From Chloropicon primus (Eukaryota): a stretch of DNA of 64,000 nucleotides. Below are positions 32,415 through 43,085 of the stretch, one piece after another. The stretch spans positions 682,001 through 746,000 of the forward strand of contig CP060763.1 in assembly GCA_023205875.1 (NCBI GenBank), in the 5' to 3' direction. A model generated the notes under the pieces. The model was not told the DNA's origin and did no database searches. It saw only the letters and a list, made by a program, of their open reading frames with translations. How positions within the stretch are numbered: the first letter of the stretch is position 1; each line of letters starts with the position of its first letter. The translations under genes were made by a program, and so were the position numbers.

Positions 32415-32617
32415 CACAAGCACACGCAAACACACACACACACACACACAAGCACAAGCAGCTCGTCCCGTAACACAACAACAACTCGTTCGCTCTTTCC
32501 TTGCCCTCGTTCATATTCATGCTCCTGCTCCTGTTCATGTTCTATCGACCCTCCTCCCTTAACTCTATACGACCTTCTTCTTCTTCTTCTTCTGTTTATT
32601 ATTGGTTAGGTCGATTA

Positions 32618-33103
32618 TTATTCCTCCGGGATGCTCTCCTTCTTGCCGTCGCCCTCCTCCTCCTCCTCCTCCTCCTCCGGCTCGGGGTTCATGGGGTCGT
32701 CAGGGTCGACCTCCGGGTCGGGCTTGGTCTCCTCCTCCTCGGCCTCGTTGGGCTGCTCCGGGTCCCCGGGCATCGGGTTGGGCAGGGGCGTCTCCATGGG
32801 CTCGAACTCCGGCCAGATGTCCGGCCTCTTGCTCGGCGGGGGCACCGACCACTCGGCGGGGTAGTCCAAGGGGTTCTTCTCCACCTCCGTCTCCTGCTCC
32901 CCGGGGCCTCCGCGAGCAGCCCTGGGGACCACCACGGAAGCAGCCAGAGCGCTCAGGCCCCGCCCTCGGCACCGGACCCCGTGCCCCCCGCCCCCCTCCA
33001 GCACCCTCCCCGTCGCCACCGAGGCCCTGGCCCCGCCGCCGCAGCAGCACAGCCTCGACACCACCGCAACCCTCGCCCTCTCCCCCCCCGTCGATGCCCC
33101 CAT
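32618..33103 (-). CDS. Small probably plastid-targeted protein with a Pro-rich/acidic mature part
   Basis: Transit-peptide-like N-terminus followed by NPLDYPAEW..RPDIWPEFEPMETPLPNPMPGDPE and an acidic tail. It resembles an uncharacterised green-lineage family from memory. The start is uncertain. Confidence 0.7.
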   Translation of the reverse strand: MGASTGGERARVAVVSRLCCCGGGARASVATGRVLEGGGGHGVRCRGRGLSALAASVVVPRAARGGPGEQETEVEKNPLDYPAEWSVPPPSKRPDIWPEFEPMETPLPNPMPGDPEQPNEAEEEETKPDPEVDPDDPMNPEPEEEEEEEEGDGKKESIPEE

Positions 33104-33480
33104 TCTTCCCATCCCCTCTCTCCCTCGCATTCTTCTCATCCCCTCACGAGCCGAGCCTAAAACCAAACCTCGCGCCGTCCACCGTGGCAACCTGGCCCTC
33201 GCCCTCGCCCTCGCCCTCGCCGTGCGCTCGCACGCTCCTTGGGTTCCAGTTCCTCCGCGGAGCCGGTTTCGGATAAGGAAAGCGCAACGCGACGCGTCCG
33301 TCCGTGGTTCTATTTTTTTCGAGCTGAAAGATTACAAGTTTTTGGATGCTGTTCTCAAGGAGGTCCTCCGGATCATCCGCTGAACCCATACGTTCGTTCG
33401 TTCCGTTCCTTCCACTCCTCTAGCGCGAGGCGCCTCGTGAAGAGGAAGAGAGTCTCCGACTGCACACCACTCCTACCACC

Positions 33481-34584
33481 ATGCACGGGAGGAAGAGGGA
33501 GGCGAAGGAGGTGAAGCACTCCTCGGCGAGGGTGGAGGCCCGGAGGAGGAAGGCCAAGCTGTACGCGGAGCTGAGCAGGGAATGCTTCGCGAGGAGGAAC
33601 CAGAAGAGGTACGACGAGGAGACCCTCGCCTTGTGCCAGAAGCTCCTGGAGATGAACTGCGAGCTGTACACGCTGTGGAACCACAGGAAGGAGTACCTGG
33701 AGCCCATCCTGCTGGGCTCGTCGTCCGACGCCAAGGGAGCGGCGGAGAAGGAGCTCAAGCTCATCGAGGCGTGCCTCCAGAGGAACCCCAAGTCGTACTG
33801 CTGCTGGCAGCACAGGAAGTGGGTGGTGGACCTGGCCAACCGACTGCCGAACGCCGAGGAAGCCGCCCTGGACAGGGAGCTGGGCCTTTGCGACCTCCTC
33901 CTCTCCGTGGACGAGAGGAACTTCCACTGCTGGTCCTACAGGAGGTTCGTGTGCTCCCTGCACAAGGCGAGGGAGCCGGAGGTGGAGCTGGACTTCACCA
34001 CGGACAAGATCTCGCAAAACTTCTCCAACTACTCCTCCTGGCACTACAGGAGCGCCCTGCTGCCGGAGATCAACAAGGTGACCAGCTTCGAGGACCTCGT
34101 CAGGGGGGGCGGCGGCGAGAACACGACGACGACGACGTCGTCCTCGTCGGTGGGGGTAAAGAGGGTCCTGCCCCCTCACGTCCTCGACGAGGAGTTCGGC
34201 CTGGTGAAGCAGGCCTTCTTCACCGAGCCGGAGGACCAGAGCTCGTGGCTGTACCACGCCTGGCTCATCAACCACCTCGTGGAGAACGAAAAAAAGTTTG
34301 GCTCGTACGGCGACGAGAGGGTGGGGGAGAGGCTGGAGCAGGAAGTCGAGACCTGCAACGAGATATTGGAGATCGAGCCGGAGAGCAAGTGGCCCCTCCT
34401 CACCCTGGCGAGGCTCCTGGAGGCGCAAGCGGCTCGGGCGGGCGGGGAGGGCTCGGAATCCTCGGCTGCCGGGCTCCACAACAAGATGAGGCAGCTGTAC
34501 CGCAAGCTGGAAGGGATCGACCCGATGAGAAGGGGGTACTACTTGGACGCCATCGCTGCCGTCGGGAATGAGGAAGGGGGATGA
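33481..34584 (+). CDS. RABGGTA: Rab geranylgeranyltransferase alpha subunit
   Basis: MHGR start and PPTA repeats: YTLWNHR, NPKSYCCWQHRKW, DERNFHCWSYRR, NFSNYSSWHYRS, FFTEPEDQSSWLYH, IDPMRRGYY. Confidence 0.95.
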   Translation: MHGRKREAKEVKHSSARVEARRRKAKLYAELSRECFARRNQKRYDEETLALCQKLLEMNCELYTLWNHRKEYLEPILLGSSSDAKGAAEKELKLIEACLQRNPKSYCCWQHRKWVVDLANRLPNAEEAALDRELGLCDLLLSVDERNFHCWSYRRFVCSLHKAREPEVELDFTTDKISQNFSNYSSWHYRSALLPEINKVTSFEDLVRGGGGENTTTTTSSSSVGVKRVLPPHVLDEEFGLVKQAFFTEPEDQSSWLYHAWLINHLVENEKKFGSYGDERVGERLEQEVETCNEILEIEPESKWPLLTLARLLEAQAARAGGEGSESSAAGLHNKMRQLYRKLEGIDPMRRGYYLDAIAAVGNEEGG

Positions 34585-34663
34585 CTAATTGTCGGATATT
34601 GGTGTAGTAAGATGTTGGCAGGCCGCGTGGTACCTGGAAAGAGCTCCACACGCCGTCGCTTCG

Positions 34664-35485
34664 CTACTTGCTGTGCTTGTTGACATAAGCCTCCACGCTC
34701 CTCTTTATCTCCTTTCTCGTCTCGTCCGTCAGCGGCCTCTCCGCAAACGCTTCCACCACCTTCTTGCATATCGCCTTGTAGCTCTCCTTCGACAGCTTGT
34801 TGGTCTTCCAGGGCTCCCTCAAGTAGTGCTTCACCACCTTGACAACCGCTTCCTTGTCCACCTTACCGGGCGCCACACTTCGCTTGGGGGATGGCCGAGG
34901 AGGACGCACGGGGTCGGGATCCTCCCGCCTGGGCTCGGGTGCTGGTGGCGCTTGGCCCACCGCCGTCGGCCGGTGGCTCCCTTCCCCCAGAGCCGCTTCT
35001 CGAGCGAAGGACATCTTCTCCGACAATGGGACTGGGGCGCGCGAGCAAGAGAGCGCGTCGTCAGGAGCTGAAGGAGACCCACGCACGCACGCACGCACAC
35101 ACAAAATCGTTCGTTCACCACCTCACTCACCTTGCTTCATGGCTCCTAGGAGAAGCTCGCTCGCTTTCGCCGTTTCTAGCTTGGCCAGCAGCTGCGCCAC
35201 CCCACCCGCGCCTCCAGGGCCCGCGCTTGTCGTCGTCGCCGTCATCATCCTCGCCGTGGTCGCACTGGCGTTCGAGGCCTGCCTCTTCAAAGCCTCGTAG
35301 TACTCCTGGCCCGCCCCACCGTGGAGGAACGAGAACTTGTCGTTGCCCACGTTCTTGCTCCTTGCCATGACCTCGAAAGTCTCGCCGTTCTTCGCCACGT
35401 ACCGCGCCAGGGTCTCCGCATTCTTCTTCACCTCCGGGTCCAGGAGGACGCCAGCACCAGCACCGCTCGAGCCCTCCATCACCAT
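34664..35485 (-). CDS. SURP (SWAP) + C-terminal SRI-like domain protein; 2 exons (intron 35130-35068)
   Basis: SURP: AETLARYVAKNGETFE..NDKFSFL..YY. The C-terminal VVKHYLREPWKTNKLSKESYKAICKKVV..VEAYVNK resembles the SRI (Pol II CTD-binding) domain. Confidence 0.75.
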
Positions 35486-35721
35486 CGCCTTGGCCTCCCT
35501 CTGCCTCGCTCGCTCTGATCCGCCCTGAATCCTCCAGGAGGGAGGGAGGAGGGAGGAAGGAGAGGAGAAGAGAGGGGAGGATCAGAGGATGTCCTTGGAT
35601 CGGTGGAAGGGTTTGTGATCTTTAATGTATTGTTACGAGGTTGTTGGTCCTTAAAGACACAGTGTCATCGTTAATCGGTGATGACCGCAAAATGATGCTT
35701 CCGCTTTCAAGCATCTTTGTT

Positions 35722-38700
35722 CTATTCTTGGGCCTCGGCGCCGTTACCCTCGTCCTTGCTCGGCTCCTCGGCCAGCAAAGGCTTGGCGGCCTCCTCGAGT
35801 TTGGACTTGAGGTCGGCAATCTCCCTGTCCTTCTGCTTGATGAGGTCCTCGTAGTGGGAGGTCGTATCGCTCGTGGTGGTCACGTTCGAGGTGTGGATGG
35901 TGGCGAGGCCTCCCGCGGTTGCGCCCGGGCTCACCTGCTTGGAGACCATCGTCTGCGCGATCGTGGAAGCGTCCTGGGCCTGGTCACCCCTCAAAATGTG
36001 GAGGAGTTTCGGGAAGATGACAAGGGCCGTGGCGCCGTTGAAGGCGTACAAGATTCCGCAGCAGACTATGATGAACCTCACGTCCCTGTCCAAATCCAGG
36101 TAAAAGTACATCGGGATCACCACGATAACCGCCAAGGCCGTGTTGTACGCACCCATCACAACAACCTTAACCTCCTGGTAATCAGCAGGGGCGTTCCTGA
36201 CTCGGAATCCGAGGACGAGGCCGTACAGCAGGAGCAAGATCTTCATGAAGATAAGAACGATTCCGATGGGGCTTCCGCCGCTCGACTTGCATTCGAAGTA
36301 CGGAATCAGCGCTCCCTTGACGGTCTCGTGGACGAAACCGGCCCTGAGATCATCCACGAAGATGAAGAGCAAGAGCACGAGCAACTCCGCAGCCATGACG
36401 AGGGAGAGGATAAACATCATCTGCCTCACGCCCATTGTCACGACCTTCATGTACTTGTTGTTGAAGAGGACGTGGACGCGGTACATCTTCAGAGCCAAAG
36501 AGGCGTACATCAGAGTGAAGCCGAGGGTGAGCAAGGCAGGAACAGTCCTGCAGGTCTCGTCGCTCCTCTTGCCCAAAAGCACGAAAATCGACGCGATTCC
36601 CATGATGGCTCCGATGATGGACAGGGCCATCATGGTGGGCTGGGATCGCCTCATGAAGGGGTTGTTCCTGTACATAATCACGGCGACAAGCAAAGCCAAC
36701 TGGAAGGCAATCGAAAGGATCGCCAGGGCGAGGAAGGCCTGCCCCACAGGGGAGTCCTGGTGCACGTAGTCGCACTCGACGTTGATTGGGGCCGGAAGTG
36801 GCAGGCCAGTTGGGCACAAGTCGCCAAAGTTGTCCTCGTTGCAGCAACTCTGCGATCCATTCTTGTAAGTGTAGACACCAACCCTCTCGTTGTCCGTGCT
36901 GCATTTGGAGACCGTGAAGTCAAAGTGACTGGCGGTGCAAGGCGCGGGCATGATCACCTCGCAATTTGCTCCACCGTAACCAACAGGGCACATGCAGACA
37001 CCCGCCCCAAAGTCGCACGTTCCTCTGCCCGAGCAGTACGACGTGATCTGAGAGTTCAGGAGGCAGGTTCCGTCGGTCGGGGCGGTAGACCTCGCGCCCG
37101 GGAAGATCACGTCTCTTGAGAACGTCACATTGTCGCCTTCCAAGAGACCCACCGTGTAATCGTCGCTGCGCCTGTTGAAAAGGGTGTACCTGGAACCTCT
37201 GCGGTCCAAGTTCTCATCGAAACTCACTTTACCAGAGAGACCCTCGAACTCAACCTTCTTCAAGGCTTCAAGCAATTTCTCGCCATCCGTGGGGTCGTTG
37301 CCGGCCTCAATGACGTCGTGAATGGCAAGAGCCACCGCTGTGGCAGCATCGAAACTGGGTGGACCGTAAGGGTGGACCGTCTTCCTGTCCCCATCTCCGT
37401 CGGCCCAGCCCAAGTCGTCTCCGTTGTCGATGAAGAACTGGTTCGCGATGTCCTGGTTCACCGTGTCAAAGGCGTACCTCGCGTTCTTTGGCTCCCAGAT
37501 CGTGTCGATGTAGTTCTGGAGAAGAGGCCCAAAGGTCGACTGAGCCAAGCCCACCGTGCCTAACATGGTGGCTTCCAGATTCTCCAGGGTTGGTGGAGGC
37601 AGTCTGGTCCAAACTTCACCGTCCGCCCAGGTAATCGTATCCTGCCCTCCGGCCGTGGAGACTGTTCCGGTGCCACGACCCCCAAGAGAGACGGAAGCTC
37701 CGGACCTCGTACCAGTGACCTTGAGGCAGTTGGACTGCGGGTTCGCGCTCTCCAAGTCACCAGTGCTCGATTCAAAGAGCGGGATGATGTCACCGCCGGC
37801 GCTCGAGCGGTAGTAGCCTCCCAAGGTGCCGGCCCTTGGCTTGTACCACCACGAGCCGATGTCTCCGTCCAAAATCTGCATCGCTTGGTTGTTGGACCAA
37901 CTGTCTGGAGCGTAGTACATGTACTCTGGTCCCTTGAGGTAGCCGCTCTGGAAGACAGTGGCCGCGAAATACTGAGCATCCTGGGTCTGAAGAGCTCCGA
38001 AGACGTGCCTGACGCCCTCCCCAGCAAGGTCTCTTACTTTGCAAATCATGGCGAGGTCGACCTTTGCTTCCTTTCCAGCTCCGGTATCCACTTCGCTGTA
38101 CTTCGAGACGGTCTTGTACGCGCTAGCCGGCTGATCGATCGATTCGGCTGCTGCCTGAGACCTGAACTGATCGGCGAGACCGATGCCGTAGGCGCCATCG
38201 CTCGCCACGACACCAACGCGCTTCACACCAAAGTGCTTGGCCAAAGTAGCAATACCCTTGCCCTGAGCAAGGTCGCTTGGAACCGTCCTCAAGAAGTACG
38301 GGTACAAGGTCTTGTCCGACAAGTCAGGCGAGGTCGCGGAGTAGCTCACCATTGGAATCTTGTAGAGCTTGAGCAAGTCCTGGGCAGACATGGAAGCTCC
38401 CTGCGTGTGGGTGAGAAGGAAGTGGTGAGGGAGTGGTCAGTTTCAAATTGCGCCCTCAAACAACAAGAATGTCAAAGACGAACGTACCGAGCAAGTGGCT
38501 CCCACCGTGGCCACAACGGGCTGGCTCGTGGAGCCCGACATGCAGGGCGTGCCCTGCTTGGCAGCGCCTTCGAGTGCAACACTTCTGGAGCAACCACTGT
38601 TGTCCACGACGTATCTAATTTGGGTGCTCGGCAAGATGTCGTCGAACCACCCGTCCGTCTTGTCGTTAATCATGTCGAGAGCAAGCCTGAAGTGGGACGC

Positions 38701-38829
38701 TCTCTCCCTGACGTTCCCGTAGGCAACCGCATAGAGCCCTCCAACGTGGACTTCAGCTGGCGCCTGCCCTTGAGTCGTATGGATTAGCTGGACAACTGTC
38801 AAGGCCAAGATAACCCCAATTGCTTTCAT
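35722..38829 (-). CDS. Class C (mGluR/GABA-B-like) GPCR: signal peptide, Venus flytrap, EGF/Cys-rich, 7TM, coiled coil; 2 exons (intron 38487-38401)
   Basis: VGATCS|GAS..IPMVSYSATSPDLSDKTLYPYFLRTVPSD..YG. EGF: CSGRGTC..CMCPVGYGGANCE. 7tm_3 motifs: PFMRRSQP, GFTLMYASLALKMYRV, LLYGLVLGFRVRNAPADYQEVK, IFPK. Confidence 0.9.
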
Positions 38830-39284
38830 CTTTCGTGTGGTCGCACCCTTCATCTTGGTCCCCTCCCTTCGTGTGGTCGCAAAGGCCTTGGTCCCTTTCA
38901 AGGTCACCCAAGGTCACTCCCACGACCTCCACCGTCCTTGTGGCTGGGTCTCTTTGGGTCGTTGGACTCCTTCTCCCTTCGCCGCAACCGGCAACCACAG
39001 GAACAGGAAGAGGAAGAGGAAGAGGAAGAGAAAGAGAAAAGAGAAAAGAGAGGATTGAATAGTCTATTGACACTTGTCACAATCCAGCGTAGACGAAGTC
39101 CTTCTTCTTTGGGACAAGAAGTTCCCTATTTTTTTCGGAAGAAAACGAAGCGTCAATCAATCTGATCTGAGGATGGATGTAGAGAGCATCAAGATTGCGG
39201 GGATGGGGAACCGAAAGAACAGCGAAAGAGGAGAGGGATCTCTCGAGGAAAGGAACAACCGGAATCATTGCTACACAGCATTCT

Positions 39285-41066
39285 TTACTGGATGCTCACA
39301 GGTTGCCACACGGTGCCCTGCGGAGAGTCTAATAGGGCGATGCCGTCGTTCACGAGCTCGTCCCTTAACCGGTCAGACAACTCAAAGTCCTTGTTTTTCC
39401 TCGCCTCCTGCCTTCTTTTTATCATGCCCTCCACCTCCTCGGCACTTCTTCCGCACCTACGGAGCGCGCACTCTTTCATTCCCTGCAAGACGTCCTTGTA
39501 GTCAGCACAAGCCAGGCCCAGCACCTGCATGATTTCGGTAACGCCGGCGTAGTAACCCCTGAGCTGCTTCTCCCTTTCAGGGTTTTTCCTTCCCTTCTTC
39601 GTATGGAGCAGCTCGTTCATGCTCTTCAGGACGGGGGACAAGACGGAGAGGGTTTGCTGCGTGCCCAAGTCATCGCTCATGGCTCTCATGCAGTCCTCCA
39701 GCATGACTTTCGACCCCTCGAAGGTAGCGCAGCAGTCCTCCGCCGTCGCTTCGGTTCCCTCGCCCTCGAAAAGGAGGTCCTCGCAGTCCGCGAGGGTCTG
39801 GTAAAGGTAGTAAGACCTCGCCGAGGCCTCGTTCAACATGCCGTCGCTGAAATTGATGGCACTCCTGTAATGGGTGTTGAGCAAGAAGAATCTCAGCGCC
39901 TTGGGGTGGTACCGTTCCAAAATTTCCCGAATTGTGAAGAAGTTCCCCAACGACTTGGACATCTTCTCCGTGTTCACGTTCACAAAACCGTTGTGCATCC
40001 AGAACCTCGAGAACTGGTCCGAGCACTGCTTGCAAGAAGCCATGGACTGGGCCAGCTCGTTCTCATGGTGGGGGAAGGTGAGGTCCAGCCCACCCCCGTG
40101 GATGTCGATCTCCGTGCCCAGCAGCTTGTGGATCATCGCACTGCACTCGATGTGCCACCCGGGTCGTCCCTGCCCCCACGGGCTCTCCCAGAAGGGCTCT
40201 CCCTCCTTCTTGGCCTTCCACAGCGCAAAGTCGGCCGGATCCCTCTTCCTCTCGTCCACCGTCACCCTCTCCCCCGCCCTGTTGTCGTCCTGCTTGCGGC
40301 CGCTCAGGCTCCCGTAATCGCCCAGCGATGGGACTGAGAAGTAGACATCGCCATCCACGACGTAGCCGTGGCCGTTGTCGATGATTCTGCTGATCTGCTC
40401 GATCATGGCGTCGATGTGCTCCGTCGCTCTGGGCTCCAGCGTCGGACTCAAGTTTCCCAGGGACGCCATGTCGGTGTGGAACTCGTCTATGAACTTGTCC
40501 GTGATCGCATTGCAGTCCTGCCCCACCTCCTGAGCGCGCTTGATGATCTTGTCGTCAATGTCGGTGAAGTTCCTGCAGTACACGACGTCGTACCCTCTCC
40601 ACCGAAGGAACCTGTACAGCACGTCGAAGACGGTATAAACCCGGGCGTGGCCGATGTGGCTAAAGTCGTACACCGTGACGCCGCAGACGTACATCGTGAC
40701 GGACCTCGTTTGGGGGTCCCGCGCCTCGAACTCCTGCTTCTTTCGCGCCTTCGTGTTGTACAGCACCACCTGAGGCCCGGTGCCCGTGGCCTCCCTGGCT
40801 CGACTCGTCTCCGCCTCTCCGGCGAGCGTCGAGCACAGAGCGGAGGGAGCCGACCTCGTCGTCGACCTCCTCGCGCTCTCCCCCGCCACACCTCCCAGGG
40901 TCGCCAGGGCCCGCCTTCTTCCCTCCCTGCTCGCCCTCCATGACGGCGCCACTCGGAGTGCCTTGGAGGAGACGGAGACCCGGGGCCTCGCGCCGCCCCT
41001 CCAACACAGCACACAGCGCGCGGATGCCGCAGCGTACGAGTGAAGGGGCACGATCAAATTCATCAT
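39285..41066 (-). CDS. cysS: Cysteinyl-tRNA synthetase, organellar
   Basis: MYVCGVTVYDFSHIGHAR, NFTDIDDKII, GRPGWHIECSAM, HGGGLDLTFPHHENE, KMSKSLGN, plus an N-terminal presequence. Confidence 0.96.
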   Translation of the reverse strand: MMNLIVPLHSYAAASARCVLCWRGGARPRVSVSSKALRVAPSWRASREGRRRALATLGGVAGESARRSTTRSAPSALCSTLAGEAETSRAREATGTGPQVVLYNTKARKKQEFEARDPQTRSVTMYVCGVTVYDFSHIGHARVYTVFDVLYRFLRWRGYDVVYCRNFTDIDDKIIKRAQEVGQDCNAITDKFIDEFHTDMASLGNLSPTLEPRATEHIDAMIEQISRIIDNGHGYVVDGDVYFSVPSLGDYGSLSGRKQDDNRAGERVTVDERKRDPADFALWKAKKEGEPFWESPWGQGRPGWHIECSAMIHKLLGTEIDIHGGGLDLTFPHHENELAQSMASCKQCSDQFSRFWMHNGFVNVNTEKMSKSLGNFFTIREILERYHPKALRFFLLNTHYRSAINFSDGMLNEASARSYYLYQTLADCEDLLFEGEGTEATAEDCCATFEGSKVMLEDCMRAMSDDLGTQQTLSVLSPVLKSMNELLHTKKGRKNPEREKQLRGYYAGVTEIMQVLGLACADYKDVLQGMKECALRRCGRSAEEVEGMIKRRQEARKNKDFELSDRLRDELVNDGIALLDSPQGTVWQPVSIQ

Positions 41067-41344
41067 TCAACCCAACCCTACGCCCCTCCCTGTCCCCTGT
41101 CCCCTGTCTCTCTCTCTCTCCCTTCGATCGGTTCCGTCCCGCCCTCCAGACTGGAGCCTTATCCGGATGAGAGGGCCAGGTCGAGGATTGGGAAGGTTCA
41201 TGGAGGAAGGAGGACATGGCAAGGAGTCGTACGGACGTGTGTGAGTGTGACACAAAAGTATTTCCATATGTGTATATGTCTATGTTTATGTACAGATAGA
41301 TAGGATTGGCGACGACTCGAGGTGGTTGTGATGACGGTGGTGAC

Positions 41345-42847
41345 TCAGAACCTCTTCATGTCTTTGGGGGGCTTGAAGCGGACGGGGTGGGTCTCCGGCG
41401 TGGCCTCCAGGTCCTCCTTGTAGAACTTGATGGTCTTGTCCGCCTCGCAAGTGAGCAGCCGGGTGCCGGTGACGTCGAAGGACGAGGCGAAGATGCCGTT
41501 CTCGCTGTCGAGGGATCCGGGCTGGACCTGGGTCTCGATCTCCTGGAATCGGTTGCCGCTCTGCCAGTCCCAGAGCCAGACGTTGCCGTTGTCCGCGCCC
41601 GTGACCATCACGCCATCGTCGTTGCACGCGATCGTGTTGACGATGGACCTCTGCTGCTGGATGGTGTTGTGCATGAACTTTCCCGAGGGCAGGGCGAACT
41701 TCTTTATCCTGTCGCTGCTCGCGGAGCAGAACGAGTACTCCTTGGGGTGCATGCCCAAGCAGCGGACGCTCTTTTTGTGGTGGGTCAGGGTCGTCATGGG
41801 CTTGGCCGCCACCAGGTCCCACAGCTTGATCTGGCTGTCGTGAGACCCGGTGATCACCTGGGGATCCGTCCCTTGGGACAGGATGGAGCAGACCGTGTTG
41901 TCGTGGCCCGTCAGCACGTGGACCTGGGCCTTGGTTCTCATGTCCCAAACCCTGCAAGTGCAGTCCCTCCCTCCCGTGAACAGCAGGTCCAGCGTGGGGT
42001 GGAGCTGGAGGGCGTAAATTCCGCTCAGGTGGCCGTGGTAGTGCCTTATCACCTTGTTGTACTCCAAATCCCAGCACTTGATCTGCTTGTCCAGGCCGCA
42101 GCTGAACATGTACGGGTGCCTGGGGCTCACGGCCAGCCCCGTGACCTGCTCGATGTGACCCGTCAAAGTCAGCTTGAGCCTCCCCGAGGCCAGGTCCCAG
42201 ACCTTTATCGTGCGGTCGGCCGACCCCGTGACGAACCAAGAGTTCGAGGGGTCGAAGGCAACGCTCCGAACCCAGCCCATGTGGCCGCTCACGACGCGGT
42301 ACAGCTTCCAAGGCGCGTGCCACACCGGTTTGGGCCACTTGCTGGCCTGCCTCCTGATCACGCTGGCGCTGTACTCGTGCGTGGAAGCAGAGGGCGCGGA
42401 GAACGTCGAGAGGGAAGTGGACGCGGCCCCTGCCTCCCTCGCACCGCCGTCGGGCTTGGACGCCGGGGGCAGAGCGAGGGCGAGCCCCGAGGCCTTCTTC
42501 CCCTTCCCCTTCTCCCCGGGCCTGCTTCCCGAGGACGACGACGGTCCAGCCGCAGCCGCCTCGACGGAAGCAGAAGCAGAAGCAGAAGCAGAAGCAGGAT
42601 CAGACCCCCCTCCCCCGTCCCTCCTCGCCTCCGCCACGCTGGCCGCGTACTCGTACTCCTCCCTCCACTTGGCCTTTGCCCTGACACTCCCCTCGTTCCG
42701 TTCTCCTCCCTCTTTCTCCTCCCTTGCACGCTTCAAGTGTTCGAGTCCCACCTTGCCGTGTTCCTCGTTCCCCTTCCCTCCCCTCGGAAAGAGCGCCCTC
42801 GTCCTCGTCCTCCTCTCCTCCACATGCCTCCTCCCCTCGGCCGTCAT
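41345..42847 (-). CDS. PRL1: Pleiotropic regulator 1 (PRL1/PLRG1/Prp46), NTC WD40 protein
   Basis: [66 protein letters not shown]. Confidence 0.95.
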   Translation of the reverse strand: MTAEGRRHVEERRTRTRALFPRGGKGNEEHGKVGLEHLKRAREEKEGGERNEGSVRAKAKWREEYEYAASVAEARRDGGGGSDPASASASASASVEAAAAGPSSSSGSRPGEKGKGKKASGLALALPPASKPDGGAREAGAASTSLSTFSAPSASTHEYSASVIRRQASKWPKPVWHAPWKLYRVVSGHMGWVRSVAFDPSNSWFVTGSADRTIKVWDLASGRLKLTLTGHIEQVTGLAVSPRHPYMFSCGLDKQIKCWDLEYNKVIRHYHGHLSGIYALQLHPTLDLLFTGGRDCTCRVWDMRTKAQVHVLTGHDNTVCSILSQGTDPQVITGSHDSQIKLWDLVAAKPMTTLTHHKKSVRCLGMHPKEYSFCSASSDRIKKFALPSGKFMHNTIQQQRSIVNTIACNDDGVMVTGADNGNVWLWDWQSGNRFQEIETQVQPGSLDSENGIFASSFDVTGTRLLTCEADKTIKFYKEDLEATPETHPVRFKPPKDMKRF

Positions 42848-43085
42848 CCTCGTCCTCGCCTCGTGCTCGTGCGCCGATCGATCGCGCGCGCGGAACGAGG
42901 CTCCAGGCGGCGCCAAAGGGGGAAGAAGAAGAAGAAGAAGCGACGACGCGACGCGACGCGACGACCGACAAGAGGGAGAGGGAGAGGGAGAGGGAGAGAG
43001 GCGGACGTGCGTGCGGCGGCTTGGTTTCTTTTTATTTTTATTTTTGGTATTTTTGTGACGGGAGGGGAGGGGAGGGGAAAGGAGG

